Shown: positions 37,011 to 49,150 of the stretch, piece by piece
Layout: each line of letters opens with the position of its first letter
Position numbering within the stretch: position 1 is the first letter of the stretch
Source: Geosiphon pyriformis uo1
Taxonomy: Eukaryota; Fungi; Glomeromycota
Reading direction: 5' to 3'
NCBI GenBank assembly: GCA_016748015.1
Contig: JAAOMT010000534.1
Coordinates: 76,654-140,653 of the forward strand
Length of the DNA: 64,000 nt
The notes under the pieces: model-generated
What the model was told of the DNA's origin: nothing
Seen by the model: the letters and a program-made list of their open reading frames with translations, nothing else
Databases searched by the model: none
Translations under genes and position numbers: made by a program

Positions 37011-39375
37011 ATGCCGAGAAACAAAAAGAACAGAAAACCAAGCGTAATTGATAACGATGATCGTATCGCTGAAACCGCCAGCACAACTGGTGTTGAAGAA
37101 GCCGCTTCTAAAACAAAACAAATACGTCAAGCTAGAGCCAAGAAGCAACGAGATAATTTGACGTCACAAAACATTGTTAATGTTGCTGCCACTCAAAATC
37201 TTCAACGTGCTATTGAGATTACCAAGGAGAAAGTTGCAAGGGTATACATGAGATTGTTAGATACATTTTATTGAAAATAAATGATTCACAATTACTTACC
37301 AATATTTGCTAAAATATTAATTTAGATTGCCAAAGAATTTCGTCAACTTAATCGAAAATTCACCGATTCTGAATTCAATCTCGAAAATATCGACGAAACT
37401 CTTTACAATGCCCATGAATTTAATTGGGGTGGTGTTATACCAAAACGTATATCTAGTTTTTATAAAGGGTCTAAATTTTATGCCGATGGTCAACATCCTG
37501 GCGAAATTTCTGAAGGAACGGTATATAGATTTCCCAATTCTTCAATGATTTCTTATATTGCGGAGGTATCATTAATTGTTGATTTATTCTCTGTCTTAGA
37601 TACATGATGTTTGGTTCTTGGCTGCAGTATCAATTTGTAGAAATATTCCCGGCTTAATCGAAACTATTTGTGTTGATCGAGATGAAGAAGTTGGGGTAAG
37701 TTTTTTTATTTTGAAAGTTTATTTTTAAAAGCGCACATAGTAAATGACCAAATCTTCCAAATCTTAGGTCTATGGGTTCATTTTTTTTAAGGTCAGTTTT
37801 GCTACTGTAAGCAAATCATTCAAAAAAAAGTTTTTTTTTGAATTTTTTGACTACTAGGATGGTGATTGGATTTCGACGGTAGTCGACGATAAATTTTTTG
37901 TACTTAAAAATCCTAATGGTGTTGTTGCACCATTATTATCGTAAGTTTTCGTTTTATTGGTCGAGCTGTTCAATTAGTTTTCAGGCATTTATATTTCATT
38001 TTTGCAAAATTTAGCGAGTGTAAAAATCCGATGGAAACATGGTTACCATTACTTGAAAAAGCTTTTGCTAAAGTTCACGGCGATTATGAATCCATCATGC
38101 AGGGAATTGTGGGGCAAGGTAGTAAACAAAATTATATTTGAGTGAATTAAACCTTTTGTATAAACCAAATCAATTTCATATAAAACTTTATCGCTAAATT
38201 TCTAGGTCTCGAAGATCTGACTGGAGGGGTTTATACAACCTTTGTTACCTCTGATATTATGGATCGAGATCGGTTCTGGCAAGAAGAACTATCTTTTGTA
38301 AATACGGATCGACTTTTTGGCGTACAACGTGCTCCAGGTACCACTACTATTGCAAATGGCTTACTGGATGGATTTTCCTATAGTGTTCTCCAAGCAGTAG
38401 AAATTGATGGCCACAGATTGGTAAAAGTTGGCAATCCTTATATTAACAGGGGTGAATGGACTGGTAAGCATTTACTGATGAGGCTTGAGATTGACTATAT
38501 TCCATCCTAATCAAAACTCAATTCTTTGCTTAGGCGCTTGGAGTGATGGGAGTGAGGAATGGACATCAGAAACTATGGCCAGATTGAATCACAAATTCGG
38601 GAAAGATGGCGCCTTTTGGATGAGTTATGAAGATTTACTCTACTATTTTAGCTCAATTGGCAAATGCCGAATTTTCGATTCGTCTTGGTTTGTTCATTCG
38701 GCCTGGATAAATTATAACATAGTTCCCATGTCTAATGGAAAGTTCATCTTGAAGCTTCATGAAACAGAAAAAATTATTATAGTCCTTCAACAGCCAGACT
38801 CTCATTACTTTTATGAGTCTCCCCAATATATGTAAGTGCTTTTATCTTGTTAAATTATAAATTCATTGCATTTTGCTAATCTCAAAGAATTGCTCTTTAT
38901 ATTTAGATATCATTTAAGCTTTCGTGTATATAAACAAGGTTCCAAATCGTATTTGATACGAAGTTCATCCACTACATCGCCACTGGATAATCGAAGTATC
39001 AATATTGAAATAGAATTGGAAGCTGGAACTTATGAAATTATACCTCGTATTATTCGTACCGAGTTTAAAGAGCAAGCAGCTGGACACAATCCCAGAGTAG
39101 CTCAAAAGAAACAAACAAGGATTGAACAATTGGAGCATGGCCGAGATGCTAATGATGATTCTGATGATGAAAATGAAAATAACCAATCGCATAATGTACC
39201 ACAGTGGGAACTGAAATTGGGATTAAGAGTTTATAATCGGCGTGAAGGGGCTACAGTGTCCACTTATCAAGGACCTTTTCCGTCAGATGAGCAGGATCCA
39301 AGTACTTTTGAAGAAGATCAGGATCCCGAAACCGAGACATCGACTGCCACAATAAATGGGGAAGCTTTAGAATAA
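37011..39375 (+). CDS. Calpain B, intact gene, predicted inactive (Cys>Val, His>Phe)
   Basis: EISEGT|IHDVWFLAA (GTT 37609-37611), DGFSYSV (TTT 38373-38375), VGNPY; all other calpain motifs and splice sites intact. Confidence 0.9.
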
Positions 39376-40015
39376 TAGTTTACTTCAATGTAGGTTATGA
39401 AAGATTAAAAATAATTTTTTCGTGAAGGCCTTGAATTCATGATTAACTTAGCTAAATTATTTATAAATGAAATGAATAATCTTTTAAGAAAATACTCATC
39501 AAAATTTTCAATTTCGATATAATGGAACATCAATTTTTGAAGTCCTGATTAGCGATTACAACTTGAGATTTGCTCTCTTATTTATTATCAATATTTCGAT
39601 TTAATAATAAAGAACTTTTCTTGATAAGGATCTAGCTTTTTTTTGTGACATGTACATTTTTATCATCCATCAAATAATTTTAAGTGGTTTATTTACTAAA
39701 TGTGCATTCGACGATTATACGGGGCGCAATTACTATTTTTATCAAGGCCAATTGTGCAATGGTTACATTTCATCTTGGAAAAATTTCGTAGATACAAGAA
39801 GATATTAAATATGTCGTGTTACGTGTTTGTCAACCTCTCTAATTTGTGAAGGGAGATGTTAAAAGGAGGGTAGAAAATAAAGGCAACTTTTGCAAACCCT
39901 TTTTAAAAATAAACTTTAATTACCTGTTCCTTTTTGTACCCATTTAAATGATATATAAAAGAGTACTGCCAATAAAAAGCTTTAATTTTGGGAAAATTTT
40001 TAAACAAAATAATTA

Positions 40016-42328
40016 ATGGCATCAAACACAGAGGAAATCGAGATTACGGCGGCGAGGATAACGAAGAAACAACGTCAAGCACGAGCTAAAAAACAACGCG
40101 AAAATCTTACGGCACAATCAAATTTTAGCGTCGCTGCAACTTTGAGTTTTGAACGTGCGGTTGAGATTACCAAACAAAAAGTTGCTCGCGTATGTTTAAA
40201 TCTTTATTTAGCACAAATGAATTAACACTTATCATCGAACTGAATTCACCCATTAATTAAACTTTGGCCTAGATCTCTAAAGAATCCAGATATTTTAATC
40301 GAAAATTCACTGATCGAGAATTTGATCTCTCAAATCTTAACGAAACTCTTTATTGGGAGCACAAATTGGATTTCGGGTCTCCAAGTGATAAACGGATCTC
40401 TGCCTTGTATCCAGGCTCGAAATTTTATGCTGATGGAGCTCATCCAGGTGAAATTGCTGCCGGAGTGGTAAGAAGTTTTGTATTAATTTGGACGCATCCT
40501 AAACAGGTTTGAATTAAGACTTAACGACGAAATTTTAGCTCTGGGATATTTGGTTTGTTGCTGCAGTCTCAGTTTGCAAGAATATACCAGGCCTATTGGA
40601 AAGAATATGCGTGGCACGCGATGAGGAAGTGGGGGTAAAATAGGATTTGTTTTTACGTATGTTTTGGAACAATGCAATTGGCATCTCATACAATTTTTCC
40701 CAATTGTCGATTTAAAGGTTTATGGATTTATCTTTTTTAAGGTTCGCAAAATTACTTAACAGTTACAATCATTTGCTTCCCATTTTCTCTAACTTCGCGC
40801 TATTATTCTTTATAAGGACGGGGAATGGGTATCAACTGTTGTAGATGATAAAATATTTGTTAGCCCTTCACCGACAGGCAATTTAACTCCCACATTTGGG
40901 TAAGTATTGAAATTGCTTTCTAATGAAATCATGTCTAAAGATTGTTTTGCAAATTAAAATCATAATTTTTGATTCTTACCAGAGAATGCAAAGATCCGAA
41001 GGAAACTTGGTTCCCGCTGATCGAAAAGGCTTTCGCAAAGATTCATGGTGATTACGAGTCAATTTTCAACGGTGTTGTAGGCCAAGGTATGAACTTGATT
41101 TATTTACAATTTCGAGATTTTCTTGATCAACTGAATCTTAAAAATCAATTATGCAACTATAGGCCTTGAAGATTTAACAGGAGGCGTATGCACAACTTTG
41201 ATCACCTCCGAAATTATGAACGTGGAACGTTTTTGGAAGGAAGAATTATCAAATGTGAACCAAAATGTTCTCTTTGCCGCCCAAAGAGATCCTGGAACAA
41301 CCGCTGATGGCAAAGGTTTAGCTGATGGTTTTACCTACTGCATTTTTAAAGCAGTTGAATTTGATGGGAAACGATTATTAAAAATGGGCAATCCTTTCAC
41401 TAGAGGATCTGAATGGAATGGTAAACAAAAATTCAGATATTTTTTAATTATTTTTTAAAGAGTTTCAAGGAAGTATTATTTACTCAGGGCCTTGGAGTGA
41501 TGGAAGTGAAGAATGGACATCCGAGACTATGAGTTTATTAGATCACAAGTTTGGAAAGGACGGGGCTTTTTGGATGACTTATGAAGACTTACTCCTTTAT
41601 TTCAGCTCGATTGGAAAATGCAGACTGTTTGATTCGTCTTGGTTTATTCATTCCGCTTGGATTAATTACAATGTTGTTCCCAAATCCAATGGTCATTTCA
41701 CTTTAACTCTCCCTGAACCTGAGAAAGTTGTGATTATGCTTCAACAACCAGATACCCACTATTTTAATGAGTCTGCAAAATTAACGTGAGTTCCCGAAAA
41801 GTTTTATCAAGTTAACAATTTCATCTACATTTCTAAAACAACCTCATTTTCTTCCCTATTAATTTTAGCTATCAGTTGAGTTTTCGAGTATACAAACAAG
41901 GTGCAAAGACATACTTACTACGAAGCCCATGGACACTTTCACCTCTCGACAACCGTAACATTAACATCGAGGTTGAACTCGAAGCAGGGACTTATACCAT
42001 CGTCCCTCAGGTTTTACGGGTTCCTGCTACAGCAGTAGCCGCTGCTCCAACGATAGATCAAGCTGCAATATTAAAGAAGGAGAGACGTATTACAAGGCTT
42101 GATAGCGGACGAGATGCAAATGATGATTCAGATGAGGAAGGTGATGCAGAGTTAATTGCCAAGAAGACTAGTGATTTTGAATTAAAGTTAGGTCTAAGAG
42201 TTTATAATCGGCATCAAGGAGCTACTCTTCAACCCTACGAACAAGAGTTTCCTTCTGGAGAGAGCCAGACTGAATACGATCAAGATCCCGAAGCTGAGAC
42301 AACAACTGGGAATTTGAAGCCTGAATGA
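40016..42328 (+). CDS. Calpain C, intact gene, predicted inactive (Cys>Ile, His>Phe)
   Basis: EIAAGV|LWDIWFVAA (ATT 40548-40550), DGFTYCI (TTT 41330-41332), MGNPF; TATATAAA at 39952-39959. Confidence 0.9.
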
Positions 42329-44129
42329 TTAATTTAATCGACTTCTCATTTTTTAAATACTTTTTAATGACAAAATTAATTAAAACACCAACTACTCTAT
42401 ATTTGATTAAGTCTTGTTATTTTCCGGGAAAAGTTTAACTTTGATTCGAATTTGAAAATTCTTTTATCTTTATAAAAACTGCGATCAAGCAATTCGTAAA
42501 AAGATCTTGGTTAAGATTTTAATAAAAAATTTTATGCTCGATCTTGAGGAATAATTGTAAATTTTACAAATTGTGGATTGGTTTCAAAAATCCCGTGTTT
42601 TCAATGTGAGATAAGGCAAACAATTCGAAAAAAATATGCTGAAATCAGAGGGGTTGGGAGACATCGAAGAATAAGTGAGATGAATCAATTTTTAAATGGG
42701 GTAAAATGCTCATCACAACATTCTATTTCCCAAGAAGAATGTGAAGCAAGGATTAATATAAACCAGTACTTGTTGAAATTAAAATTCTCATTCACATAAT
42801 ACTAATTCTTCACAAAGTTACCAGATGACCGGATTGAACTTTCAAGCGTGAAAAATGTACAGCACTTCACATATTGTTTATCGAGAAAATTATTTTGAAA
42901 ATTGCCCTGAAAAAAGGTTTGAAGCAAATGTTGGGTGATTAAATAATCTTTTGAAAATTATAATGACTTTTTTTTGAAACGATAATTTGATTATATTGTA
43001 AAGATATTTTATGAAAATATTTTAGTTAAAAATGATATCTATTTCTCAAAACTTTTCAATGGTGAAGCTTCCTTATTTTTAATGGAAAAGATATAATTAT
43101 AATTCCAGAAGGAAATTTATTTATTTGCAATTTTTTAAGTCTGCGAAAGCGAATATTTTTTAACGAAAAATTTTTAATAAGCATCAACACACGCTTAAAC
43201 TTTAGTTTTTAAAATACAATTGACGCGTTAAAATTCTCAAGACTCACTAAACCTTCAACTGATCTTTTTAGTCGCTAGCGATCTCTTACGCTATTAACCG
43301 TAACTATAATCTTAATCAATATTCGAAATCCTATTTGCAATATTTCAAAGTATGAGGATGTCGGCAACAGTTTCTATAGATTACAATTGTTCATTAATCA
43401 AGATCACTTGGGGGAGTTGACAAACTTTAAAGATTTCGGGATAAGAATTAATTAGAGCTTTCCCAGAAAAATCAATTAGAAGGTATAATATGACCAACAG
43501 GTCCATTGTAAATTTTTAGATGGGGACGATCTTCCTGTACATTGTCTATCACTTTTTAAGGACTGATTATCGTTAAAATACGATCTAATCTGAACCCAAC
43601 AACACGAAAGATTAAAAATAACCCCGATAGATTTCAAAATTTTATGGGGATAGATTTTTGCTTGCAATATCTTTCCAAGTCGTGTCATGCCAAAATATTT
43701 ATATGGAAGACGAGTGGGGATCCCTCACAAACAATTCCTACGCAATAGTTTGTAAAAAAGCCAAGAAATCTGCACCAAACACTCTTCTTCTTTACTGACA
43801 TGTGCTGCTTCAAATCATTACATTTTTTAACATGCTTAACATAAAATGAGTTTCGCTCTCATTGATTCGTGAATGCAGGAAATCTGGAGATTGCTGTAAT
43901 CTAGAATATTTTCAATAGAATAAGATATAGGATCATGATGTCATCGTATAAGGATATTTGGTTCAAAAAAATAGTCTTAGTATTTTTTAAAAAATTTATG
44001 AGGGGCTTCTATAAAAAGAGTTTTGTCAAACATGCTGTAAAAATGTTGAAAATTTTAAATTCGTCTTCCTTGAAGGTCTCCATTTGTATCCATCAATTTA
44101 ATTGTTAAATTTCTTTACATTTAGCCAAG

Positions 44130-46606
44130 ATGTCAAGTGAAAACACTACATATTTTTCTAATTGGCAACCAATTCAAGAAACTGGGCTCAAAAACATAAA
44201 ATCCTCTCTGAGATTCCAAAATTCACAATCTGCTACAAAAAAAGCACGAGAATATAGAGCTAAAGCAAGTTATCGTGACCTGACTTTGAAAGATGTAGTG
44301 GTCGGTCGAGCAACTGCTAACCTTGAGCGTGAAATAAAAATTACCAAGCAGAAAGTTAACAGAGTTAGTTTTATTTAGAAAATAAACATTAAAAGTTTCC
44401 CACTTCACAGTTGTGCAAAGATGATTAAATGAAAATCATCCTTTAAATTTTTATCTGCACTCTTTTTTTTTGATATCAGATTGTAAAAGAATGCAGACAA
44501 CTTAATCGGAAATTCCGAGATCGAGAATTTAGTCTTGAAGATGATCCTTTTGGCGCGCTGTTCTGGAATTTTCAACATCATAATGGTTATTTGCCCGATG
44601 GAAAGCATTTGTATATTCAAAGAATACCCGATTTTTTTACAAACCCTGTTTTTTTAACAAACGGTATCTGTTCCGGAGATGTCATGCAAGGAAGAGTCAG
44701 TAAATAAATTTATTCTCCAGCTAACTGGAATTCAGGAGGATAAAAACTCATTACATGTTTATTCTGGATTGTCCATAGATTGGTGATTGCTGGGTCCTAT
44801 CTTCTGTGTCAACTTGCTCAAATATCAGAGGGCTGATTGAAAGGCTTTGTGTAGCTCGTGATGAACAAGTTGGGGTAATAAGAGGTTTGAAAATTCTTAA
44901 TTTAATCTTGAAATTCAAATTCACTTTTATATTTTTATATGCACTTAGGTTTACGGATTTGTGTTTTTCAAGGTGAGAGCTTGAGCTTTTAATGTTTCAA
45001 ATACCCATACAGAGATTGAACTGATGAATTTTCAATGAAGGATGGCGATTGGATATCGACTATCGTTGACGACCAATTATTCTGCTGGAATGAACCCTTA
45101 GTTCCAGGCAGGCCTGAACTTTTTTCAGCGTAAGCCTAAATTTAAGTAAATTTTTTCATGATTTTCTAACTTGGCTAGGACTGTACCAAAACATGTTGCA
45201 ATATTTCTAGGTATTGCAAAAATGAAAATGAAACATGGTTGCCATTGCTCGAAAAAGCATTTGCAAAAGTCCATGGAGATTATGAATCGATTGATGGTGG
45301 TTTGACAGGTCAAGGTAAACTGCAATTATGTGAAGTATTTTCACTTTTTCATAGGTTATTTTCTAATCACGCTCTCTTACAACGATAACTAGGTTTGGAA
45401 GATTTGACTGGTGGCGTATATACCTCATACAATCTAAAAGATATTTTGGATAAAGATAGGTTTTGGCGTGAGGAATTATCGCAGGTTAACGTAGATCGTT
45501 TATATGGTGCCGAAAGATATGGTTTTGGTGAAAATCAGCTAGGTTTACTCGATAGTCACGCATATAGCTTTCTGAGAGCAGTTGAAATCAACGGGACAAG
45601 ATTGGTTCAAATTCGAAATCCTCTTGGTAGAACTGAATGGAAGGGTAAAAGGAAATTAATAATTACTCTTTAGAATTTGATGTGCCAGGTTTCAAGTTAA
45701 ATTTTATCTTACATTATTTAGGTCCTTGGAGTGATGGAAGCGAAGAATGGACTCCGGAATGGATGATGGCTCTTGATTATAGGTTTGGGAATGATGGCAC
45801 GTTTTGGATGGCCTATGAAGATTTACAAAAGTTCTTCACCCAATTGGGAAAATGCCGAATTTTTGACCAATCATGGAATGAACATTCCGTTTGGATTAAT
45901 TACAACGTTGTGCCGAAATCCAATGGTCAATTCAAAATTTCGCTTTCAGAAGCGGCTAAGGTTATTATTGCCTTACAACAACCTGATCAAAGATATTTTC
46001 ATAGAGTACAGACTTATAAGTAAGGGGATTTTTGTTAATCCAAATATGTTCCGTTGCTCGGGACAACCAACTGACTCACATTCCTCTGATGACATGTGTT
46101 TTAGTTACTCATTGAGTTTTAGGGTGTTTGTTGAGGGATCCCAGACCTATTTAATTAGAAGTCCTTGGATTGTTAATTCGCTTGACAATCGTAGTGTCAA
46201 CTTAGAAATCCTTCTTGAGCCCGGTAACTATGCAATTATCCCAAGAATTTTACGCAACAAAGTTCCCCAGCCAGCCCCAACTCCACCTGAGCCACACGAA
46301 AAAAATTTCTCACCACTTGAAATAGTCCCTAAGGTGACTGAACCTAATCTGGCCGAAGAAGCAATAAAACAAAAACGAATTGGTAACCTCTTTCAAGGTC
46401 GTGATGCAAATGATGATGGCTATGAAGAGGATGATCAGCGGAATCACTCTATAGAAAAGAATGAACCTTGGGAATTAATTTTGGGTTTACGAGTATATAC
46501 CCAAAGTAATGGATTGACTCTCACGTCCTACGAAGGATTCTATCCAGTTACTCCAATGTTTGGCGCCTATACTGAAGAAGAAGAAGAAGAAGATCCTGAA
46601 GCCTAG
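44130..46606 (+). CDS. Calpain D, catalytic triad intact
   Basis: DVMQGR|IGDCWVLSS (TGC 44788-44790), DSHAYSF, IRNPLG, GPWSDGSEEW; TATAAAA at 44010-44016. Confidence 0.92.
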
Positions 46607-47821
46607 ATGAAGCAAGTGATAATCATGGTTGAAAAAATAGACAAGATATGTTTTAATTGTATAGGTATTATATTGCTATAAAATTTGTGTAAATTTAAAG
46701 TATTTGAGATATTTATTATAGACCCAAATATGATTTCGATCAAATTTAACTGTTGTATAAGATGCAATAGAATCTATAAAAATGTTTATTCGAAAAGTTA
46801 CCCTTACTAGTCTTTAAGAGTTTTTTTTTACCTGTCAATGTGGCGTACTATATCTGATAAATAATGAATTACGTGGTGAAAAAAAAATTATAGTTTCCAA
46901 AATATTTACATTAGTACTTAAAATTTATTTTTCATGAATGAACATAATGGTTATATTAGCTAATCTCTAGTTTCTAGAATGAAAATTATAGGGCTAATTT
47001 CATATAAATTGAAGTTAGAAATTTAAATTGCGTTTTTGTTTGAAACATTTTAAGGAAATATACCATATTTTCATTTACTTTAATGATATTCAAAAAATCA
47101 TGTGCTTTATATTTTGACCTAAGAAACGAAATAAATCAATTTAAATCATTCTAGCTATAATAGATTTAATAATAATAATTCACAAAGAGTCACCTAAAAG
47201 TGAGGATATAATTTTATACATTTTTGAATTATTTGGGAATACATAAATTTTATATATTCTAACAGAATATTCAGTATTAGATTCTACATAAAATTTTTTG
47301 AAACATCTTTCCAAAATTTCAATGTTTGAAGTATTCTACAAAGGTGATAACTTTACAATTTTTGTTTTATTTATTATATATTAAAAAATGAAATAATTTA
47401 AAGTGTATGGAAAATTAAAAGATAAATTTAAAAAAACCAATTTCGAAAAATTATTGTCCATTTAGGATGACGCTTTTTTCAATTGTTCATAAATATTCAC
47501 AAGATTAAAAAAAAAAAAAAAGGTTTCTCCACGTTCTCATTTTAAAAGAATGCATCATACCCTTATTCATTAAAGGGCCCCGCATCATAAGAATTAACCC
47601 TTAAATATGTGAACCTTTTTTCCATTTTACCGAAAATGATTTAAAATAGAATTTTTGATCGACATGTGGGAAATTTACTGCTTTAATTGAGGTTACAGTT
47701 TTTTGGATGCTGGTAAAGAGTACAAATTGACGGCTTATTTCCCATTAATTTTTTGAAATAGAATAACTAGCTATAAAGACTTATTTCAATACACGGGGAT
47801 ATTTTTTTTGAAGAAGCTAAT

Positions 47822-48036
47822 ATGTCTTTGCAGGAATTTAGTTTTTTGGATTTTGTAAGTATATATATATAATAAAAATTTCAAAAGTTGATATTTAATA
47901 AAAATTAGTTTTCAGTACTAACTGAGAATTTTTTTGCAAGGTTGAAAATGATGAAGGTTCAGTTTCTACTAAACGAAACGATCGTCCGTTTGAGGTTGAA
48001 TGGTCGATAAGGTACTTAATTGAACTGAAATTTTAT

Positions 48037-48123
<87 letters not shown>

Positions 48124-49150
48124 AAGAAATCAGACTTCTAATAAAAATTTCAGATTTTTTAATTCGAATTATTTTTGATTGGAAATTTATTCGTACTTTA
48201 AAGAATTTGGATTTGGTTTAACACACTGAACAAATTAAGTTGTAATATTATTATATAATCAGTCCCGATAATAATAATAGTAATGATGATAATGATGATG
48301 ATGATGATGTTACGAAATACCTTGCACTGGACTGTGAAATGGTAGGCATTGACCGACACGGTGTTCAGTCAGCTCTCGCTCGTGTCAGTATTGTTGATTT
48401 CAATGGGGAAATAGTTTTAGATACTTTAGTTCATCCAGGAGATAGAGTAACTGATTATCGAACAGAAATCACAGGATTGACTGCTAATTCTTTTCGGAGA
48501 GGTATGTAAAATAAATAAATAAATGAATAAAATTAATTTTGGAATTTTTCATAAAATTTTATCATTTTCTTTAGCCAGAATATTTTCATCAGTTCAAAAT
48601 CAAGTCAAACAAATAATTAATGGGAAAATCGTCATTGGTCATTCCCTTTATTTCGATTTCCGGGTATATTAATTAATTTATCTAATTTCTCATCAATATC
48701 CAATTCATATTTAGCAAGTCTGCGAGGCCCATTTTGATTGCCTTTGAAATTGATTCTTGAATAAATTTTTAATTACTCTCTCTACCTACCTCATTTCCAT
48801 TATAGACCTTACGGTTACAACATCCACGTGAGTTAACACGTGATACATCACTCTACCAACTATTCCTAGACCTTTTTCCGAACAGGCAAACACCTTCATT
48901 GAAACGCCTCGCTGAAAGGACCTTGAAAAAAACAATTCAAGAAGGTGTACATGATTCAGTGACTGATGCACAAACTGCGATGGAAATTTATAGAAAGTAT
49001 CAAACGGAGTGGGAGCACTGGATTGAAGTTAATGGGGCCCAAGCAATGTATACTGGTGTGAATTATGGATGTTTTATTTGTTACTCTGAGGATCATGTCA
49101 AAAAGAATTGTCCAAACCGGATGAGGAATGGAATACGACAATGGGGATAA
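47822..49150 (+). CDS. DEDDh 3'-5' exonuclease (REX4/ISG20-like) with C-terminal CCHC zinc knuckle
   Basis: Exons 47822-47854, 47941-48011, 48263-48501, 48575-48663, 48806-49150; [73 protein letters not shown]. Confidence 0.9.
48038..48120. repeat. (GA)n microsatellite in intron 2 of the exonuclease
   Basis: Near-perfect GA run. Confidence 0.95.

Noticed and set aside
37011-42328. Calpains B and C as pseudogenes
   Set aside because: No stops or frameshifts after splicing; splice sites and motifs are conserved, so they are treated as pseudoenzymes
34138-46606. PalB/Rim13 assignment
   Set aside because: No MIT domains or PalB-type architecture seen; no gene symbol given
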